A stretch of 20,000 nt of DNA, taken from IMG/VR virus record IMGVR_UViG_3300042393_000573, positions 52,335-72,334 of that record, one strand, 5' to 3'. A model generated the notes under the pieces. It was not told the origin of the DNA, ran no database searches, and worked only from the letters and a program-made list of their open reading frames with translations. The stretch's first letter is position 1. Each line of letters opens with the position of its first letter. Origin of the DNA: an uncultured virus (IMG/VR IMGVR_UViG_3300042393_000573) (taxonomy: Duplodnaviria > Heunggongvirae > Uroviricota > Caudoviricetes). Below are positions 13,706 to 20,000 of the stretch, one piece after another. Both the position numbers and the translations under genes were made by a program.

Positions 13706-15772
13706 ATGGCAACAGTAAATAAAGATTTTAAAATTAAGAGTGGTTTAATCGTTGAAGGTACAACAGCGACAGTTAACGGTTTTGACGTTCTTACAAAGAA
13801 AACAGCAGATCAAAATTATATTATTGATCTTATTGGTGGTACAGCAACATCTGCTAACACAGCAAACACAGTTGTAAAGCGTGATGCTAATGGAGATTTT
13901 GCTGCTGGTGATATTACAGCAGACTTGATTGGTAACGTAACTGGAACAGTTTCTTCACTTTCAAACCATGACACTGCAGACCTTGCAGAAAATGCAACAA
14001 ATAAGTATTTTACAAACCAGAGAGCGATTGATGCTAACACTGGTCTTTGGGATACAGTTGGAGCAGCAGCAACAGCACAATCAAACGCTGAAGATTACAC
14101 AGATGCTCGTGAAGGATTAATTACAACTGCTTATGAAGCATACGCTGACCAAGCAGAAGTAGATGCTAAGGCTTACACAGATACTCGTGAAGGATTAATT
14201 ACAACTGCTTATGAAGCATACGCTGACCAAGCAGAAGTAGATGCTAAGGCTTACACAGATACTCGTGAAGGATTAATTACAACTGCTTATGAATCATACG
14301 CAGACACAGCAGAGGCTGATGCAAAGTCTTATGCTGATGGAATTGTTGGTACAGTAGCAGGAGATCTTTCAACACACGAATTAGACACTTCAGCACACGG
14401 AGTAACTGGTAATGTTGTTGGTACAACAGATACACAGACACTTTCTAATAAGACACTTGGTAGCGATCTTGCTGCTGGTGGTTACAAGGTATCTGGTCTT
14501 CTAAATCCTTCAGCAAACCAAGATGCAGCAACAAAGTCATACGTTGATACAGCAGTTGCAGACTTAATTAACGGAGCACCAGAACTGCTAGACACTCTTA
14601 ATGAGTTGGCCCAAGCAATTGGTGATGACGAAGACTTTATTACAACAGTTACAACATCAATTGGAGAAAAGGTAGCAAAGGCTGGCGACAGCATGAGCGG
14701 AAACCTTGACTTTGGTGGAACAAATAAGGTTACAAGCCTTGGAGCACCAACATCTTCAACTGATGCAGCAAATAAGGGTTATGTAGATGGAGAAATTACA
14801 ACTGCTCTTACAACAGCACAGGGTTATGCTAATACAGCAGAATCTGATGCAAATTCTTACACAGATGGCCGTGAGACAGCAATAACAACTGCTTATGAGT
14901 CATATGCTGATGATGCAGAGCAAGATGCTAAGGACTATGCAGATGACTTGATCAATGATGCATCAAACCTTTCAACAGAGGTTTGGTCAGCATATAAGAC
15001 AGCAACAGAAATTAGTATTGCACAGCAAGCAGCAACTGATGTAGCAAACAGCCTTATAACAGACGATGTAGCAGAAGGTTCAGCAAACCTCTACTTCACA
15101 AACCAGCGAGCAATTGACGCTGTTGGTGGAACAATTGAAGATCAGATTGATCTTATTGACACAGATGATATTGAAGAGGGCTCAACAAACCTTTACTTTA
15201 CAGATGCTCGTGCCAAGACTTCAGCAGCAGCCCTTTTGACTGGTGCAACACTAACAAATATTACAATCTCAGGCACAGGTTCAGGACTTACTATTACCGC
15301 AGAAAACGGTGTAGCAGATTCTGATACTAATGATCTTGCAGAAGGAACAGACAATACTGGTGCTGGTGGAGCAAATAACCTTTACTTCACAGCACAAAGA
15401 GCAGTAGACGCTCTTGAAGCAGTTGTTCCAAACTTCACAGCAGTTGAGTTAAACTCAGTTGCTAAGCAGGTTGCAGCAACACTTTCAGCACCTACAGCAG
15501 GAATTCAAGTAGCACACGCCTTCGCAAAGGCTGACTACCGTTCAGCAGAATACCTTGTAAAGGTTGCCTACGGAACACATACTGAAATATCAAAGGTCCT
15601 TTTGACACTTGACTCTTCAGATAACATTGCAATCACTGAATACGGAATTGTTGGAACAAATGGCTCAGCGTCATCAATTTCAGCAGGTATTTCAGGAGCA
15701 AACGTACAACTACAGGTAACAACCGCTAACAATGACTCAACAGTTACTGTTATGGGAACACTTCTAGTTTAA
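13706..15772 (+). CDS. Long tail fibre-like protein with coiled-coil and TDD..EG..NLYFT..RA repeats
   Basis: AAGGAG SD; DAATKSYVD, APELLDTLNELA, four N(L/K)YFT repeats. Confidence 0.85.
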   Translation: MATVNKDFKIKSGLIVEGTTATVNGFDVLTKKTADQNYIIDLIGGTATSANTANTVVKRDANGDFAAGDITADLIGNVTGTVSSLSNHDTADLAENATNKYFTNQRAIDANTGLWDTVGAAATAQSNAEDYTDAREGLITTAYEAYADQAEVDAKAYTDTREGLITTAYEAYADQAEVDAKAYTDTREGLITTAYESYADTAEADAKSYADGIVGTVAGDLSTHELDTSAHGVTGNVVGTTDTQTLSNKTLGSDLAAGGYKVSGLLNPSANQDAATKSYVDTAVADLINGAPELLDTLNELAQAIGDDEDFITTVTTSIGEKVAKAGDSMSGNLDFGGTNKVTSLGAPTSSTDAANKGYVDGEITTALTTAQGYANTAESDANSYTDGRETAITTAYESYADDAEQDAKDYADDLINDASNLSTEVWSAYKTATEISIAQQAATDVANSLITDDVAEGSANLYFTNQRAIDAVGGTIEDQIDLIDTDDIEEGSTNLYFTDARAKTSAAALLTGATLTNITISGTGSGLTITAENGVADSDTNDLAEGTDNTGAGGANNLYFTAQRAVDALEAVVPNFTAVELNSVAKQVAATLSAPTAGIQVAHAFAKADYRSAEYLVKVAYGTHTEISKVLLTLDSSDNIAITEYGIVGTNGSASSISAGISGANVQLQVTTANNDSTVTVMGTLLV
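14096..14329 (+). repeat. 3 x 78-bp coding tandem repeat (26 aa, YTD.REGLITTAYEAYADQAEVDAKA)
   Basis: Units start at 14096, 14174 and 14252; a diverged fourth copy starts near 14858. Confidence 0.9.
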
Positions 15773-15807
15773 TAAAAAATAAAAATAGTTGGAAGAAGGA
15801 GTAGTAA

Positions 15808-16257
15808 ATGGCAATAGTCGATAAAGACTTCAAGGTCAAGAATGGATTAGTCGTAGCAAACGGCGGTACATTCGGAGGCGCAGTAACAGTAGGAACTCCT
15901 ACTATCAATGCCCACGCAGCAACCAAGGAGTATGTCGATAGTCGTTCAATGGCCGTAGGCTCTACTGCTCCCTCTTCACCAACTAATGGAACAATGTGGT
16001 TAGACACTGCAACAAACAGAGTTAATTTCTATTATGATGGAGCATGGTATACCCAGGCCACTATTGATGATACAAATAATTTACCACAACATATTCACGA
16101 TACCGCAATTGATGGAACTGGTTTCATAGTATCCCAGTTCTATGAAGGTGGATCATTCAATAGCCCATTGGGTGTAGGTTTGGATGCAGGCAGCCCCTCT
16201 TCAACAGAGTGGACAGTTGTATTCGATGGCGGTAGTGTAGTAGATAACTTCAATTAA
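15808..16257 (+). CDS. Short fibre/structural protein
   Basis: AAGGAG SD; N-terminus KDFKVKNGL matches 13706 KDFKIKSGL; HAATKEYVD; APSSP.NG.MWLDT motif. Confidence 0.8.
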   Translation: MAIVDKDFKVKNGLVVANGGTFGGAVTVGTPTINAHAATKEYVDSRSMAVGSTAPSSPTNGTMWLDTATNRVNFYYDGAWYTQATIDDTNNLPQHIHDTAIDGTGFIVSQFYEGGSFNSPLGVGLDAGSPSSTEWTVVFDGGSVVDNFN

Positions 16258-16265
16258 AAATTGGG

Positions 16266-16307
16266 TGTTATAATAAGATAAGTTAATGGGCAGCCCCCAT
16301 AAAGGAG
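16266..16307 (+). promoter_or_regulatory. Extended -10 promoter, leader hairpin and SD for the long fibre gene
   Basis: TGTTATAAT 16266-16274; ATGGG-cagcc-CCCAT 16286-16300; AAGGAG 16302-16307. Confidence 0.65.
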
Positions 16308-16316
16308 AAATAAAAT

Positions 16317-19034
16317 ATGGCAACAAGAATGCAACAGCGCAGAGGAACAGCAGCGCAATGGACGGCTGCAAACCCAACTTTGGCAGCAGGAGAAATTGGT
16401 TTTGAAACCGACACAGTTAAATTTAAAGTAGGTAACGGTTCTTCTGCATGGGCATCCCTCAAGTACTTTACAGATGCAGAGTCAATCTTGGGTGGTCTTT
16501 CTGGAATTGATTTACCAGCAACTCTTGATACACTTAATGAATTAGCAGCAGCCATGGGAGACAACCCAGCATTCTTAACAACAATAGCAACAAACTTGAC
16601 AAACCATGCTACAGACACAACTGATATCCATGGTATTACAAATACAGCAGATTTAGTAACAACAACAATTCTTTCAAACCATAATACAGATACATCAAAT
16701 GTTCATGGTATTACAGACACGCTAGTTCTTGCAACACTATCAGGAACACAAACATTAACTAACAAAACTTTTGTAACTCCTTTAGGAATAACAGCGTCAG
16801 ATGTTGGCTTAGGATCAGTTAACAATACAACAGATGCTAATAAGCCAGTTTCAACAGCAACTCAAACAGCCCTTGATTTTAAGGCAAACCTTGATTCACC
16901 AACATTTATTGGTACAGTAAATCTTCCATCAGGAACAGTTACAAGTGGAATGATTGCTGAAGGAACTATTGTGACAGCAGACATTGCCGATACAGCAGTT
17001 ACAGCAGGAAAAATTGGAGCAGAAGCAGTAACTACTGCAAAAATTGCAGATCAAGCAGTTACAAATGCTAAAATTGCAACTGGTGCAGTTACAAAAGATA
17101 TGGTTGGACTTGCAGATGCAGATAATACTTCTGATGCAAATAAGCCAATATCTAGTGATACTCAAACAGCACTTGATCTAAAGTCACCACTTGCTTCACC
17201 TACATTTACAGGTACAGTTTCTGGTATTACAAAGGCAATGGTTGATCTTGGAAACGTAGACAACACATCTGATGTTAACAAGCCAGTTTCAACTGCTGCA
17301 CAAGCAGCACTTGATCTAAAGGCAAATCTTGCTTCTCCAACATTTACAGGAACAGTAACTCTACCAACTGGAACAGTTACTTCAGGAATGATCCTTGATG
17401 GAGCAATCGTAAACGCAGACATTAATGAGTCTGCAGCAATTGCACAATCAAAGATTTCAGGACTTACTGACGACCTATCTTCTAAGTTAGCGCTTGCTGG
17501 CGGTACAATGACAGGAGCACTTACACTTTCTGCAGATCCATCATCATCACTACATGCAGCAACTAAGCAGTATGTTGATAATACAGCATCAGGAGTTATT
17601 GCAAAGCCACAGGTTCTTGGAGCAACAACAGCAAATATTGATGCTACATACAATAATGGTACAGCAGGTGTAGGAGCAACTCTTACACATAACACCAATG
17701 GAGCATTTCCTGCAGAATCAGGTGGCGCATCAGGTTGGGCACTTTACAAGGGTATTCTTGTAAAGAATCAAACCAATAAGGCTCAAAATGGTAGATACTA
17801 TGTTTCAGACATGGGATCTGCATCAACACCATATGTTCTTACTCGTTGTACATATTGTGATGAAGCATCAGAGATTCCAGGCGCATACATATTCGTACAA
17901 GATGGAACAAACGCTGGAACAGGATGGATTCAGGTAGTTGCAGACCCTGCAACATTTGTTGTTGGAACGGATAACATTGATGTATTCCAGTTCTCAGGTT
18001 CAGGAACAATTACAGCAGGAACTGGAGTAACTGTATCAGGTAACGAAGTTTCTATTTCAACTGGGGCAATAACTTCATCGCTGATACTTGATGGAACAAT
18101 TGTAGACGCAGACGTTAACGCATCAGCCGCAATTGCACAGTCTAAGATTTCAGGTTTAACATCTGACCTTGCTGCTAAGGCACCAATTGCTTCACCAACA
18201 TTCACAGGAACTGTGTCTGGTGTAACAAAGTCAATGGTAGGCCTAGGATCTGTTGATAATACAGCAGATGCAGATAAGCCAGTTTCAACTGCTACACACA
18301 CAGTACTTGGTTATAAGGCACCATTGCATGCACCAACATTTACTGGATCAGTAACAATTCCTGCAGGCGCAAGCATTTCAGGGTATGCACCACTAGCCTC
18401 ACCAACATTTACTGGAGAAGTAACAATTCCTACAGGCGCAAGCATTTCAGGGTATGCACCACTTAGTTCCCCAGCATTTAGTGGAACAGTTTCAGGTATT
18501 TCAGCAACAATGGTTGGTCTTGGAAACGTAGAAAATACTTCCGACGCTAACAAGCCAGTTTCAACTGCTACACAAACTGCTTTAGACCTAAAACTTGCTT
18601 CATCAACAGCAGCAAATACATATGCACCACTTGCTTCCCCAATATTTACTGGCGTAGGAATAACTGTTCCAGCAGGCGGAGTACAATTCACAGATGGAAC
18701 ACAAACAAAAGAAGGCGTTCCATCACGTACAACAATTATACAAAAAACAGCAGGCTACACACTTGCAGCACTTAATGAAAGAGATTCATTAATTGAAGTT
18801 TCTTCTGCTACTGGAGTAACAGTTACAATTCCAACAAATGCAACAACAGCCTTTCCAATAGGATCATCAATTGATATCCTTCAAACTGGTGCGGGACAAG
18901 TAACAATTGCTGGAGCAGTAGGAGTAACAGTTAATGCAACTCCAGGATTAAAACTTCGTACACAGTGGTCATCAGCAACATTAATGAAGAGAGCAACAGA
19001 CTCTTGGGTTGTTGTTGGAGATCTCACAGCATAA
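16317..19034 (+). CDS. Long tail fibre protein with Mtd_N-like N-terminus
   Basis: RMQQRRGTAAQW...NPTL..GEIGFETDT.KFKVGNG; repeated VGLG.VDNTSD.NKPVSTATQ.ALDLK..LASPTFTG; AVT..KI repeats; C-terminal FPIGS.I.I.Q.G.GQVT...WVVVGDL domain. Confidence 0.9.
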   Translation: MATRMQQRRGTAAQWTAANPTLAAGEIGFETDTVKFKVGNGSSAWASLKYFTDAESILGGLSGIDLPATLDTLNELAAAMGDNPAFLTTIATNLTNHATDTTDIHGITNTADLVTTTILSNHNTDTSNVHGITDTLVLATLSGTQTLTNKTFVTPLGITASDVGLGSVNNTTDANKPVSTATQTALDFKANLDSPTFIGTVNLPSGTVTSGMIAEGTIVTADIADTAVTAGKIGAEAVTTAKIADQAVTNAKIATGAVTKDMVGLADADNTSDANKPISSDTQTALDLKSPLASPTFTGTVSGITKAMVDLGNVDNTSDVNKPVSTAAQAALDLKANLASPTFTGTVTLPTGTVTSGMILDGAIVNADINESAAIAQSKISGLTDDLSSKLALAGGTMTGALTLSADPSSSLHAATKQYVDNTASGVIAKPQVLGATTANIDATYNNGTAGVGATLTHNTNGAFPAESGGASGWALYKGILVKNQTNKAQNGRYYVSDMGSASTPYVLTRCTYCDEASEIPGAYIFVQDGTNAGTGWIQVVADPATFVVGTDNIDVFQFSGSGTITAGTGVTVSGNEVSISTGAITSSLILDGTIVDADVNASAAIAQSKISGLTSDLAAKAPIASPTFTGTVSGVTKSMVGLGSVDNTADADKPVSTATHTVLGYKAPLHAPTFTGSVTIPAGASISGYAPLASPTFTGEVTIPTGASISGYAPLSSPAFSGTVSGISATMVGLGNVENTSDANKPVSTATQTALDLKLASSTAANTYAPLASPIFTGVGITVPAGGVQFTDGTQTKEGVPSRTTIIQKTAGYTLAALNERDSLIEVSSATGVTVTIPTNATTAFPIGSSIDILQTGAGQVTIAGAVGVTVNATPGLKLRTQWSSATLMKRATDSWVVVGDLTA

Positions 19035-19064
19035 AAAATACAAAGAAAATTGGAGAAATAAAAA

Positions 19065-20000
19065 ATGGCAAAAAAAGAACTAGGATCTAAATCTTTACAA
19101 CAGAATGACTCATTAGAGCCAAAACCACCCATATCTGTTGTAGGCACAAACGTAGGAACTTCACGTGCGTTTAACAATGGTGCCATAAGTGTTAGTTTTT
19201 CATTACCAGGAGATTCTCCAGCAGCAACATCATTTACAGTAACATCTTCTCCAGGAGGGTTTACAGGAAGTTCTTCTGCCTCTCCAATTACCGTTGATGG
19301 TCTTGCATCAAATACTTCTTACACATTTACAGTAACAGGAACTAATGCTGCGGGAACATCAGCAGCATCTTCTGCATCAGCAGGAGTATTGGCAACAACA
19401 GTTCCTGCTGCTCCAAATGCTCCAACAGCAACTACAGCCGTTAACTTAGATACAGTATCTTGGACAGCACCTGCAACTGGCGGATCTGCAATTACTGGAT
19501 ATCGTGTAAAGTCTTCTGATGGTCCAGTTTATGTTGTAGGAAATGTTTTGTCAACAACTGTAGCAGAAACTGGAGATACATCACAGAGTTATCAGGTTCT
19601 TGCTATAAATGCTAATGGAGATGGACTATACGGTAATAGTTCTAACAACGTTACAACAACACCTCCTTTCTTCCCTCCATTTTTCCCACCGTTCTTCCCA
19701 TTCTTCCCACCATTCTTCCCACCGTTCTTCCCATTCTTCCCACCGTTCTTCCCACCGTTCTTCCCACCACGTTTTTGTCCGTTCTTCCCATTCTTCCCAC
19801 CGTTCTTCCCACCAGTATTCTGTCCGTTCTTCCCACCACGTTTCTGTCCGTTCTTCCCACCAGTATTCTGTCCATTCTTCCCACCAGTATTCTGTCCGTT
19901 CTTCCCACCAGTATTCTGCGTACAAGGTGATGTTCTTGTAAGAACAACTAGTGGATATGTTAAAGCAAGAGACCTGGCTATTGGACAAAGTCTAGTATCC
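19065..20000 (+). CDS. Fibronectin type III x2 + PFFP repeats + Hint domain protein, 3'-truncated (absent from the ORF track)
   Basis: GGAG SD; open frame for 312 codons: MAKKELGSKS...GLASNTSYTFTVTGTNAAG...VPAAPNAP...VSWTAPATGGSAITGY...YQVLAINANG...PPFFPP...CVQGDVLVRTTSGYVKARDLAIGQSLVS. Confidence 0.9.
   Translation, partial: MAKKELGSKSLQQNDSLEPKPPISVVGTNVGTSRAFNNGAISVSFSLPGDSPAATSFTVTSSPGGFTGSSSASPITVDGLASNTSYTFTVTGTNAAGTSAASSASAGVLATTVPAAPNAPTATTAVNLDTVSWTAPATGGSAITGYRVKSSDGPVYVVGNVLSTTVAETGDTSQSYQVLAINANGDGLYGNSSNNVTTTPPFFPPFFPPFFPFFPPFFPPFFPFFPPFFPPFFPPRFCPFFPFFPPFFPPVFCPFFPPRFCPFFPPVFCPFFPPVFCPFFPPVFCVQGDVLVRTTSGYVKARDLAIGQSLVS
19662..19916 (+). repeat. PFFP / CPFFPP(V/R)F coding repeat, copy 2
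   Basis: 9-, 12- and 24-bp units; Cys codons at 19776, 19821, 19845, 19869, 19893. Confidence 0.95.
19917..20000 (+). other. Start of a second Hint domain
   Basis: 27 of 28 visible residues identical to the Hint at 8629. Confidence 0.85.

Noticed and set aside
16283..19186. Several minus-strand ORFs inside the long fibre gene
   Set aside because: Antisense shadows of Ala/Thr/Gly-rich codons, with no SD or promoter
19609..19988. Ser/His-rich and Trp/Glu-rich ORFs in alternative frames (also 8372-8700)
   Set aside because: Shadows of the stop-free PFFP repeat; the real frame continues from Fn3 into Hint
16317..20000. Diversity-generating retroelement (Mtd_N-like fibre plus near-identical repeat pair)
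   Set aside because: No reverse transcriptase in the window; both repeat copies are coding and the mismatches are mostly synonymous, not coding-strand adenine-specific
1..20000. tRNA/rRNA genes or stop-codon reassignment
   Set aside because: No cloverleaf or rRNA-like sequence recognised; genes tile densely under the standard code using all three stops

Overview
Phage DNA, most likely from a large AT-rich tailed phage; an actinobacterial host is an inference from pervasive leaderless extended -10 promoters, the endonuclease VII form and an NGGSS-type membrane protein. Bases 1-3 kb hold small accessory genes: an Endo VII-type nuclease, two CCxxCxC microproteins and a DHH-like protein. An AT-rich repeat-bearing intergenic region follows, with a probable ~55-nt small RNA. 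From 3.2 kb on is a virion/tail-fibre module (collagen-like, Mtd_N-like, coiled-coil and Fn3 proteins) interrupted by a secreted lysozyme-like gene. The best candidate for a new system is the coupled operon at 6643-11362: tail fibre, then a Pro-rich TSR-like/PFFP/Hint protein, a Cys-rich small protein, two 2OG-Fe(II) oxygenases (one prolyl-4-hydroxylase-like) and a GT60/Gnt1-like GlcNAc transferase. This suggests phage-encoded proline hydroxylation plus hydroxyproline glycosylation of self-processing fibre-tip proteins. A near-identical PFFP+Hint cassette recurs on an Fn3 protein at 19065->20000, which the ORF track omits. Family calls come from motifs recognised by eye; no searches were run.
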